Assembly: GCA_009836005.1 (NCBI GenBank)
Contig: VXWG01000053.1
Location: 45,722 to 109,721 of the forward strand
Direction of reading: 5' to 3'
Length of the DNA stretch: 64,000 nucleotides
Source of the DNA: Candidatus Palauibacter irciniicola
GTDB lineage: Bacteria; Gemmatimonadota; Gemmatimonadetes; Palauibacterales; Palauibacteraceae
Shown here: one piece after another, positions 56,580 to 64,000 of the stretch
How the letters are laid out: each line of letters begins with the position of its first letter
How positions within the stretch are numbered: the first letter of the stretch is position 1
Position numbers and translations under genes: made by a program
The notes under the pieces: generated by a model
The model's input: the letters and a program-made list of their open reading frames with translations, nothing else
Databases searched by the model: none
Told to the model about the DNA's origin: nothing

Positions 56580-57665
56580 TCAGATCTTGATGTAGATGCG
56601 GCGGCGGTGAAGGACCCACATGATGCCCAGCCAGAAGGTGACCTGGGCCAGCGCCATCGCGAGCGATCCACCGTAGTCGCCCGCCCACGACCGGAACGCG
56701 TTCTCGTACAGCCACGCGCTCAGCGGCATGCCCCCGTCGCCCCCGACCCGGATCCGGGCCAGCGTCTTGGCGAACATGCCGGAGGCGACGAACACGGCGA
56801 TCGAGTTCATTCCGTAGATGACGAAGGGCGTCACCCACCCCCCGCGCAGCCGCTTCACGTCGATGAGCCAGTACATGGCGCCGAACAGGAGGAGCGCCGT
56901 CCCAGCCGTGAAGAGGACGTAGGAACTCGACCACAGGTTCTTGTTGATCGGGAACACCGTGTCCCACAGGAATCCCAGCACGACGAGCCAGGCGCCGACG
57001 ATCCACATTCCGCGCGAGAGCTCCCCGCCGGAGCGGTCCGACCGCAGCCACTCGCCGCAGAAGATCCCCAGGAGGCACGTCCCGATGGCCGGTAGCGTCG
57101 AGAGGAGTCCCTCCGGATCCCACGTTCCCTGCCACAGCCGGTCGCCCATGAGGAACCGGTCGATCCGGGCCCCGAGATTCCCGTCCGGCGTCAGGTCTCC
57201 CGCGACGAGGGCCCAGTACCCGAAGAGGAGCACCCCCACCGCGATCCACCGCACGCGCGCGGAGCCCCACAGGTAGAGCGCCGCCGCCGCGCAGTAGACG
57301 AGGCCGATCCGCTGCAGCACACCGTAGAGGCGCATGTCGAACAGGTCGAAGTCGGGAATCGCCCGCATCGCGAGCCCGAGCCCGATGAGGATGAGCGAGC
57401 GCCGGACCACGTGCCGGAACAGCCGACCCCGTCCGGCGCCCTCCGCGAGGCGGCGCGAGAAGGAGAAGGGGATGGCGACGCCGACGATGAAGAGGAAGTA
57501 GGGGAAGATGAGGTCGGTCGGGGTCCACCCGTGCCATTCCGCGTGGGCCAGTGGCGCGTAGACGTAGGCCCAACTGCCGGGGTTGTTGACGAGGATCATC
57601 GCCGCGATCGTCAGGCCCCGGAACGCGTCCAGCGAGACGACGCGCCCGCCTGTCGGTTCGGTCAT
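56580..57665 (-). CDS. DUF1624 / acyltransferase-3-like membrane protein (HGSNAT-like)
   Basis: 10-11 TM helices with the N-terminal motif VVSLDAFRGLTIAAMILVNNPG. Confidence 0.6.
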   Translation of the reverse strand: MTEPTGGRVVSLDAFRGLTIAAMILVNNPGSWAYVYAPLAHAEWHGWTPTDLIFPYFLFIVGVAIPFSFSRRLAEGAGRGRLFRHVVRRSLILIGLGLAMRAIPDFDLFDMRLYGVLQRIGLVYCAAAALYLWGSARVRWIAVGVLLFGYWALVAGDLTPDGNLGARIDRFLMGDRLWQGTWDPEGLLSTLPAIGTCLLGIFCGEWLRSDRSGGELSRGMWIVGAWLVVLGFLWDTVFPINKNLWSSSYVLFTAGTALLLFGAMYWLIDVKRLRGGWVTPFVIYGMNSIAVFVASGMFAKTLARIRVGGDGGMPLSAWLYENAFRSWAGDYGGSLAMALAQVTFWLGIMWVLHRRRIYIKI

Positions 57666-57701
57666 GACGACCCCCGCGCTATGCCGGAAGCTCTCTTCGG
57701 G

Positions 57702-60548
57702 CTACCTGCGGAAGCGGTCTCCGCCGCGATCCCTGCCACCCCCGCCGGCCATCGAACGGTTCCCGAGATACCAGGTGAAGTTCAGCATCACGTACTGCGT
57801 AAGCGACTCGACCCGGCGCTCCTGGATGAAGCCGGGCGAGTTCGTGTACGTCACCCCCTGATTCTGGCCCAGAAGGTCGAACGCCACCAGCCGGATCTCG
57901 GCCTGGTCGTTGAGGATGCGGCGCTGCAACGAAGCCTCCCACAGCGCGACGTTCCGCCCCGGGCCGAACAGATCCTGGTCGTAGAGCCGCCACTGGAACT
58001 CCGTACCCAGCGTCCACGCACCGAGGTAGAAGTCGGCGCTCCCGTACAGCGTCGAGTTGACGTAGTCCTCGTTCAACTCCTCGTTCAGGGAATAGCTGAC
58101 GTCGCTGAGCGTCAGCTTGGCGCCGCCGCGCACGTCGTAGTCCTCCTTGGCGCGGTTCTCGAGCTCGATCCCGAACGTGTGCGACAGCGACCGGCTCCGG
58201 TTCTCGACCTGGTTCACGAACTCGTTCGAACTGGAGTAGCGGAGATCGTAGTTCAGGTCCACCTGCCCGCCCAGCCAGCGCAGCGGCCGCCCGAAGCTTC
58301 CGCCGCCGTTCGCCGACCACGCGTTCCCGAGGTTCACCGGCGAGATCGTCTGGAGTCCCCGCTGCGTCACCGTGCGGGACTGGGCGATGTCGTTCGTCGT
58401 GACGCTGACGTTCGCCCACGTGAACAGGTTGACGAAGCTGAACGTGTCGAAGAAACGGTACTCCGTCCGCAGGCGGTGTGTGTATTCGGGCTGCAGGTCC
58501 GGGTTCCCCACCCGGATCCGCAGCGGGTCGCGGTTGTCGACGAAGGGCTGGAGATCCGTCATGCGCGGTTCGCGCGTCGACGTCGAGTACCGGAACTGGA
58601 GCGTGCGCATGTCGTCGACCTGCATCCGGTATTCGGCGTTGGGCAGGACGTGCGTGTACCCGTTGGCGATCTCCTCGCTCCGGTCGAGGATCGTCCCCTC
58701 CAGATTCGAGCCCTGCAGGCGCAGTCCGAGCACGAACCGTCCGGCCTCGCTCGTGCGGTTGAAGCGAAAACCTCCGCGCAGATAGCTGTACGTCCGCTCG
58801 AACCCGGAGGTGAGCAGAGGGTTCAGCGTGCGGCCGTCAGGCCCGATGTCGAACACCGACTGGTTCTCGTCCTCGGCGGTCGCGCTCCGCTCGCCGTAGA
58901 CCTCGAGCATGGATTCCCAGGGCATGGGCTGGGTCATCGAGAGGCGGACGGAGTGCGTCAGCGTCTGACCGACATTCGTCTGCTCCTGCAGTACGTCGCC
59001 GGCCCGTGCCCGCGGGTTCTCCACGTTGCCCTCGATCGACGACGCGAGGTTCGTCAGACGGTCCGAATCGCTGAGGTTCACCCGGGCCTCCGCGAAGAGG
59101 CTCCGCCCGCTGTCGTCGAGCCGCTTGCGCCACGTGAGCCGGGCATCGCCGCCCACATCATCGCTGTCCACGTCGTAGTTCGTCGCCGCGGCCGTGAGAA
59201 ACTGCCCGGTGCCGGAGCGCGTGTCCTGGAAGTCGACGCGGTCGAGGAGCGAGGCGCGGGCGTTCAGATTTCCGCGCAGCCGCAGTTCGTGGCCCTCGGC
59301 GAGCGTGAACTGGGAGTTCAGGTTGACGCGGTGCGACGAGTTCTCGGTGTCCGTGCGCGTGGCTCGGTCGACGAGGGATGACGCGCTCGTGCCGAGGAGT
59401 TGCTCCTGCTGTCGCGTCTCGTTCTGGAAGTTGTCGAGCGTGCTGATGCGGTAGCTCGTCCGGATCCAGTGGTCGTCGTTCCCGCCGAAGTCGTGGTTGA
59501 CGTTGAACGCCAGCATGCGGGTCTCGGTGAGCCCGTCGTCGCCCCCGCCGCCTCGACCGAAATCCCGTCCGCCGAACGACATGGCGTCGCCCCACCCGAA
59601 CCCGGCCTGGTTCACGTTGTTCGCGCTCCCGAGGAGGGCAAGCTGCGTGGTGGGCGAAAAGCGGTTGATCGACACGGCGCCCGCGTACGGAATCCCGCCG
59701 GCCACCGTCCCGGATTCGCCGCCGGCCAGCCGCCGCGCGGCCACCGACTCGCCGAATCCGGGCGCCGCGGACGCGTTGTCCACGTCCGCCCCGAGTCCGC
59801 CCGACGTGCGGCCGAAGTAGCCCGAGCGCGCCTCTTCCTTGAGTTCCAGGTTGATCGTCCGCTCTTCCTCGCCATCGGCGATGCCCGTGAACTCGGCCAT
59901 GTCCGACTCTTTGTCGTAGACCTCCACCTTCTCCACGGCCTCGGCGGGCAGGTTCTGGGTCGCCATCGTGGGGTCGCCCCCGAAGAACTCCCGCCCGTCG
60001 ACGAGGACGTTCTCGACCTCTTCGCCCTGCGCCGTGATCGATCCGTCGGTCTCGACCTCGATCCCCGGAAGCTGCCGGAGGAGGTCCTCCACCGTGGCGT
60101 TGGGCCGGGTCCGGAAGGCGAGCGCGTTGTACCCGAGGGTGTCCCGCCGGTTCAGGAAGGGGACGTGGTCGAGGGTGACGACGAGCGGGTCCACCTCCAC
60201 CGCCATCACCTCGAGGTTGATCGTGCCGACGTTCACGTCCTCGCCCGCCAGGGAGAGGTCCTGCCGCACCGTGCCGTATCCGAGCAGGGTGACCTGCAGG
60301 ATGTATTCCCCGGGTCCGAGATCTCCGAGGGCGAAGACGCCGTCTCCGTTGGAGGTCGTGAACCGGGTGAGGACCGAGTCGGGTTTCGCCAGCGCCACGA
60401 CCATGGCGCCGTTCAGCCCCGCGCCGTCCGTGTCGGCGATCACGCCGCTCACGGTGTACTCGGCCTGGGCCTCCGCGGCGCGGGGCGAGACCGCCGCGAA
60501 CGCCACCCCGATCGCGAGCAGCGCCAGGATCCGTGCCGGCCGCCTCAT
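57702..60548 (-). CDS. TonB-dependent outer-membrane receptor with an N-terminal carboxypeptidase-regulatory-like domain
   Basis: Signal peptide MRRPARILALLAIGVAFAAVSPRAAEAQA. CarbopepD_reg-like beta-sandwich, a plug domain (DLLRQLPGIEV) and a long beta-barrel ending in an aromatic residue. ATG at 60548 by codon arithmetic. Confidence 0.8.
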   Translation of the reverse strand: MRRPARILALLAIGVAFAAVSPRAAEAQAEYTVSGVIADTDGAGLNGAMVVALAKPDSVLTRFTTSNGDGVFALGDLGPGEYILQVTLLGYGTVRQDLSLAGEDVNVGTINLEVMAVEVDPLVVTLDHVPFLNRRDTLGYNALAFRTRPNATVEDLLRQLPGIEVETDGSITAQGEEVENVLVDGREFFGGDPTMATQNLPAEAVEKVEVYDKESDMAEFTGIADGEEERTINLELKEEARSGYFGRTSGGLGADVDNASAAPGFGESVAARRLAGGESGTVAGGIPYAGAVSINRFSPTTQLALLGSANNVNQAGFGWGDAMSFGGRDFGRGGGGDDGLTETRMLAFNVNHDFGGNDDHWIRTSYRISTLDNFQNETRQQEQLLGTSASSLVDRATRTDTENSSHRVNLNSQFTLAEGHELRLRGNLNARASLLDRVDFQDTRSGTGQFLTAAATNYDVDSDDVGGDARLTWRKRLDDSGRSLFAEARVNLSDSDRLTNLASSIEGNVENPRARAGDVLQEQTNVGQTLTHSVRLSMTQPMPWESMLEVYGERSATAEDENQSVFDIGPDGRTLNPLLTSGFERTYSYLRGGFRFNRTSEAGRFVLGLRLQGSNLEGTILDRSEEIANGYTHVLPNAEYRMQVDDMRTLQFRYSTSTREPRMTDLQPFVDNRDPLRIRVGNPDLQPEYTHRLRTEYRFFDTFSFVNLFTWANVSVTTNDIAQSRTVTQRGLQTISPVNLGNAWSANGGGSFGRPLRWLGGQVDLNYDLRYSSSNEFVNQVENRSRSLSHTFGIELENRAKEDYDVRGGAKLTLSDVSYSLNEELNEDYVNSTLYGSADFYLGAWTLGTEFQWRLYDQDLFGPGRNVALWEASLQRRILNDQAEIRLVAFDLLGQNQGVTYTNSPGFIQERRVESLTQYVMLNFTWYLGNRSMAGGGGRDRGGDRFRR

Positions 60549-61384
60549 CGGAGCCCTCCGTCGAAGGGACGGCGCCGGTTGCCGGCCCCGCGCGTGGCCC
60601 GGATCTCCTCGAGCTTCTCCGCCACTAGGGCTTCGTACTCCTCGCGCGTGACCATCTCCCCGTCCGTCGGCGGGGCGATCGCGACATCGCCGAGGCCATC
60701 GAGGTTCACCTCGGTCGCCGAGTAGAGGAGGTCTCCACCGTCGACCGTGAGCACGAGGATGAGGCCGGGGAGCCCGCCGTACTGGCCGGGGCCCGCCTGC
60801 ACCGGGATCTGGGGCGTGAACCAGGCTTCGATCTCCGATCCGTCGTGGACGGCCGTCGCCTGCTGCACCATGTAGCCGAGGAACTCGCGCTGTTCGGTTC
60901 CGAGCTTCCATGCATACGCAGGCCGGTCTCCGGCGATCAGGAACGTGCGCCCCATGAACTCGCGGGTCTCCGTCATCGCGCCGCTCCCGAAGTCCACATA
61001 GGCCTGAACCACATCCTCCTGGTCGCTGCGGGAGGCCGAGCCCATTCTGAGCCGCATCGCCAGCCCGAGGGCGCGGCGATCCATGCGGTCGGAGTCGCGA
61101 GCGCCGCCGCGGGGGGCCGCCGCTTCCTCATCGGGGTCCGGCATCATGATGGATCGGGCGCCGTCGAAGCGGAGGACCATGGAGGCCGTGTTCTGCGCCG
61201 CAAGGCGGTCGCGGAACGCCGCCATGCGCTCCGGCACCTCGAAGTCGAACTGCACCGAACGCAGGTAGTGAACATTCCCCGCCTGCGCGCCGAGCGCCGC
61301 CGGCGCGAAGCCCGCAACGGCCACCGGGAGGGCCGCCCGAAGGGAGAATTGGAACCGTTGCCGCAACCGTCGTCGTGTACTCAT
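60545..61384 (-). CDS. GLPGLI-family protein
   Basis: Contains the literal GLPGLI motif (YGGLPGLILVLTVDGGDLLYSATEV) and a signal peptide. The stop overlaps the receptor start (ATGA). Confidence 0.65.
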   Translation of the reverse strand: MSTRRRLRQRFQFSLRAALPVAVAGFAPAALGAQAGNVHYLRSVQFDFEVPERMAAFRDRLAAQNTASMVLRFDGARSIMMPDPDEEAAAPRGGARDSDRMDRRALGLAMRLRMGSASRSDQEDVVQAYVDFGSGAMTETREFMGRTFLIAGDRPAYAWKLGTEQREFLGYMVQQATAVHDGSEIEAWFTPQIPVQAGPGQYGGLPGLILVLTVDGGDLLYSATEVNLDGLGDVAIAPPTDGEMVTREEYEALVAEKLEEIRATRGAGNRRRPFDGGLR

Positions 61385-61438
61385 GAAATCCGTCGCTTGT
61401 CGTCCGTCATCCATTAGATCGGACACACGGCGCTACGG

Positions 61439-62800
61439 TCACGTTGTAGAGTCGATGGCCACCCGGCGCACCTCGCGGCCGAGGACTCGACGCAGGCGGG
61501 CGAAGAGGAGGACGGCCACGACGGCGAGTCCGGCGGCCAGGCCCCACCACAGGCCGCGCGGGCCCCAGTCGGCACGGAAGGCGAGGAAGTAGCTGACCGG
61601 GACGCCGAGCAGCCAGAAGCCGAGGGCGTTGACCAGGAAGGGCGTGAAGGTGTTTCCGGCGCCGCGAAAGACGCCGGCCGCGACGGTCTGGAGGCCATCG
61701 GCGACCTGGAAGACGCCGGCGATCGGGATCAGGGAGGCCGCGATCGCGATGACCGCGAGATCGTGCGAGTAGAGGCCGGCCCAGAAGCGCGGGAAGGCGA
61801 GAAAGGCGCCCGCGGTCGCGAGCATGAAGACGCCGCTGAGCTGGATCCCCGCGGCGGCGGCCCGCCGCGCCCCGTCCATGTCCTCCTGTCCGACCGCGTG
61901 TCCCACGCGTACGGCGGAAGCGGCCGCGATCCCGAACGGCACCATGAAGGTGAGCGCGGCGAGGTTGAGCGCGATCTGGTGCCCCGCCATCGCCTCGGTG
62001 CCCAGCCAGCCCATCATGACGCCGATCACGGCGAACGCGCCGAACTCGAGTTGCTGCTGGAAGCCGATCGGGGTGCCGAGCCGCACCATGCGCACGAGCG
62101 CGCCCCGATCGAGCGCCTCGCGCCGGAACCGGCCCAGATAGGGACGCATGGAGGACCAGGACAGCCAGAGAAGCGCGACCGCCATGCACCAGCGCGCCAG
62201 GCTCGACCCCCACGCCGAGCCCACGGCCCCCAACCGCGGAACCCCGAGATTGCCGTAGATCAGCACCCAGTTGAGGAAGGCGTTCAGGACGTTCGCCCCC
62301 GCGATCGTCCACACGATCGGCGCCACGCGATGCATCGCCTGCAGACTCTGCCGGAGCACGACGAACGCGTAGAAGGGGAGCATCCCGAGGATCGACCCCA
62401 GCGCGTATCCGCCGGCCACGGGCACGACATCCGCGGGCTGCCGCAGCAGGGCGAACACGCGCGCCGCGGGCAGGAAGAGCAGGGACGTGATCGCCGTCAG
62501 AAACAGGGTGAGGACGAACGCCCGCTGAATCCCCCGGGCGGCGGCTTCATGGTCCCCCGCCCCCACGCCCTGCGCGACGATGGGATCGAGGGACATGAGC
62601 ACGCCCATCCCGAACACGGCGATCTGGAAGAAGTAGATGTTGCCCAGGCCGACGGCGGCGAGATCGGTCGCCGACAGGCGGCCGACCATGAGCGTGTCCA
62701 CGACGCCCAGCATCATGATGCCGACCTGAACCGTCACGATCGGGAGGGCCAGATCCAGCATGCGCGCGAGGTCCGCGCGGCGGGGGGTGAGGTTCATCGC
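61439..62800 (-). CDS. MATE-family efflux transporter
   Basis: 12 TM helices with MATE N-terminal pattern LALPIVTVQVGIMMLGVVDTLMVGRL. ATG at 62800 preferred. Confidence 0.8.
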   Translation of the reverse strand, partial: AMNLTPRRADLARMLDLALPIVTVQVGIMMLGVVDTLMVGRLSATDLAAVGLGNIYFFQIAVFGMGVLMSLDPIVAQGVGAGDHEAAARGIQRAFVLTLFLTAITSLLFLPAARVFALLRQPADVVPVAGGYALGSILGMLPFYAFVVLRQSLQAMHRVAPIVWTIAGANVLNAFLNWVLIYGNLGVPRLGAVGSAWGSSLARWCMAVALLWLSWSSMRPYLGRFRREALDRGALVRMVRLGTPIGFQQQLEFGAFAVIGVMMGWLGTEAMAGHQIALNLAALTFMVPFGIAAASAVRVGHAVGQEDMDGARRAAAAGIQLSGVFMLATAGAFLAFPRFWAGLYSHDLAVIAIAASLIPIAGVFQVADGLQTVAAGVFRGAGNTFTPFLVNALGFWLLGVPVSYFLAFRADWGPRGLWWGLAAGLAVVAVLLFARLRRVLGREVRRVAIDSTT

Positions 62801-62994
62801 GCCATCATCGCGGGGCGCCTCGCGGCGCGCAAATCCGTGAAGATCCGCCGAAATTCCGTTGCCGCCCCGCAGCGCCGCGGATAGACTCCGCCTCACCCGC
62901 CGGAGCACCGCTCGAACGCAGCGGGGCTCTTGCCACCGGCTGCTGGATCGAGGGGGAGAACATCGAGATTCTGACGTTCACAGGCGGACCTTTC

Positions 62995-63612
62995 GTGCAG
63001 AACACGCTGCTTGTGGTGTGCGAGGACGGCCGCACCGGGCTTCTGGTCGATCCCGGAGCCGCGACACCCGAGGCGCTGGCCGAGGCGCGCGCCCGCGACC
63101 TGGACATCGCGGCACTCCTCGTCACACACGCCCACCTGGATCACATCGATGGCTTGAAGGAGGCGAAGGCGGAGACCGGGGCCCCCATCTACCTCCACCC
63201 GCTGGACCGGCCGCTCTACGACAACATCGCGAACCAGGCCCTCGCGTTCGGCGTGCCCTGCGTGGAGCCGCCGCCGCCCGACATCGACCTGGTCCCCGGC
63301 ACGAACATCGTCTTCGGAGGCTCGGAATTCGAGGTCCTGTTCGCGCCCGGCCACGCGCCCGGGCACGTGATCTTCGTCTCCACGTTGCACCCCGTCGCGC
63401 TCGTGGGCGACGTGATCTTCCGCGGGTCGATCGGACGGACGGATCTCCCGAACGGGAACTACGGCGTGCTCATGGAGTCCATCCGGTCGCAGGTGCTGAC
63501 GCTACCGCCCGAGACCCGCCTCTACCCCGGCCACGGCCCGGAGACCACCGTGGCGCTGGAGCGCGATACCAACCCCTTCGTCCTCCAACTCCACGGCGGC
63601 CGCTGGGTCTGA
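62995..63612 (+). CDS. MBL-fold metallo-hydrolase (glyoxalase II-like)
   Basis: THAHLDH motif, FAPGHAPGH, and RTDLPNGN. The in-frame upstream sequence ENIEILTFTGGPF looks like the true N-terminus, but no canonical start codon is present there. Confidence 0.7.
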   Translation: MQNTLLVVCEDGRTGLLVDPGAATPEALAEARARDLDIAALLVTHAHLDHIDGLKEAKAETGAPIYLHPLDRPLYDNIANQALAFGVPCVEPPPPDIDLVPGTNIVFGGSEFEVLFAPGHAPGHVIFVSTLHPVALVGDVIFRGSIGRTDLPNGNYGVLMESIRSQVLTLPPETRLYPGHGPETTVALERDTNPFVLQLHGGRWV

Positions 63613-63646
63613 CCCTAGCTGGACCCGACCCCGGTGCCGTGTGGCG

Positions 63647-64000
63647 TCAGGGGTTCGTGGCGACGGGTTCGAACGCCTTGAGGACCTCCCGCGTCATGTC
63701 CCACCGGTCGAAGCCCTGCCGGCCGTAATCGAGCCCTCGCCGGACGATGACGACGTCGTGCGACGGGACGATGACGACGAACTGGCCGCGGTTGCCGGCG
63801 GTGGAGTAGGCGTCCTTCGGCACGTCCGTGCGGTCGTCCGGCACGAGCCAGAACTGGCCGCCGTAGAAGTTGCCGGTCTCGGAGGTGGCGGGGGCCGGCG
63901 TCCGCACGAAGTCGATCCACTCCTCGGAGATCAGGCGCTCGTCCTTCCACATCCCGTTCTGCGCGTAGAGGAGCCCGAAGCGGGCCAGGTCCCGGGCCGT
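63647..64000 (-). CDS. Serine hydrolase (beta-lactamase family), C-terminal part; the 5-prime end lies outside the window
   Basis: The in-frame translation continues past the track start to the window edge: ...ARDLARFGLLYAQNGMWKDERLISEEWIDFVRTP..., a typical class-C-like C-terminal region. Confidence 0.5.
   Translation of the reverse strand, partial: TARDLARFGLLYAQNGMWKDERLISEEWIDFVRTPAPATSETGNFYGGQFWLVPDDRTDVPKDAYSTAGNRGQFVVIVPSHDVVIVRRGLDYGRQGFDRWDMTREVLKAFEPVATNP

Noticed and set aside
62859-63728. 289-aa plus ORF
   Set aside because: Alternative frame over the MBL hydrolase gene, with Arg/Pro-rich junk translation.

Overview
This is a roughly 70% GC bacterial chromosomal window with dense coding on both strands, and no CRISPR array or obvious IS/transposase. 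The GLPGLI protein, CarbopepD/TonB-dependent receptor, many Tat-exported redox enzymes and a bacterial ERG4/ERG24 sterol-reductase homolog suggest a Gemmatimonadota-like organism, but this is inference only.

Main content, left to right:
- **Start of window:** the 3-prime end of nth, then queG and an acyl desaturase.
- **Copper locus:** a Tat-exported two-domain multicopper-oxidase/NirK-like protein, a ZIP transporter with an extra N-terminal domain, and DoxX. A 20-bp perfect AT-rich palindrome sits just upstream.
- **Second minus-strand periplasmic oxidation operon:** a Tat intradiol dioxygenase, a small secreted protein, a Met-rich CopA-like multicopper oxidase, a beta-propeller protein, a PfkB-kinase fusion and an NTF2-like protein.
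- **Housekeeping block:** FxsA, DUF59/SufT-like, FAD oxidoreductase, DUF4440, alpha/beta hydrolase, PduO-type corrinoid adenosyltransferase and a Tat gamma-glutamyltransferase.
- **tRNA genes:** a 9-gene array (fMet-Asn-Phe-Trp-Thr-Arg-Glu-Ala-Lys) behind a near-consensus sigma70 promoter, and a second cluster (Arg-Leu-Leu-Arg) about 3.3 kb downstream.
- **Downstream of the second cluster:** a GNAT, M28 peptidase, SDR, complete TRAP transporter (DctPQM) and a second GNAT.
- **AbiEi/AbiEii module:** a lower-GC (about 57%) type IV toxin-antitoxin insertion. The toxin reading frame is split, and the promoter carries nested dyad symmetry.
- **Middle block:** a Tat flavin-reductase-like protein, sterol-reductase homolog plus DUF1801, and a lipoprotein serine hydrolase.
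- **HD/BBOX pair:** an HD-domain protein with a diiron-oxygenase ligand pattern, divergent from a gamma-butyrobetaine-hydroxylase-like Fe/2OG dioxygenase. This is a candidate TmpAB/PhnYZ-type oxidative C-P cleavage pair.
- **Amino-acid/D-amino-acid metabolism neighbourhood:**
  - a Tat aldo-keto reductase and a DAACS symporter with two coupled M29-like paralogs;
  - a Tat-lipoprotein alanine-racemase-like enzyme;
  - a Tat-exported class-V PLP enzyme with an APC permease and a BKACE/Kce homolog;
  - a 3-hydroxyacyl-CoA dehydrogenase and an AcnX large/small pair.
- **BlaI/BlaR1(M56)-like regulatory pair:** the sensor has a non-canonical repeat-containing domain. It sits directly upstream of an overlapping tannase/feruloyl-esterase, [2Fe-2S] and molybdopterin oxidoreductase operon.
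- **End of window:** DUF1624, a TonB-dependent receptor coupled to a GLPGLI protein, a MATE exporter, an MBL hydrolase and a partial serine hydrolase.

All functional calls come from motif and fold recognition in the provided translations. No database searches were run.
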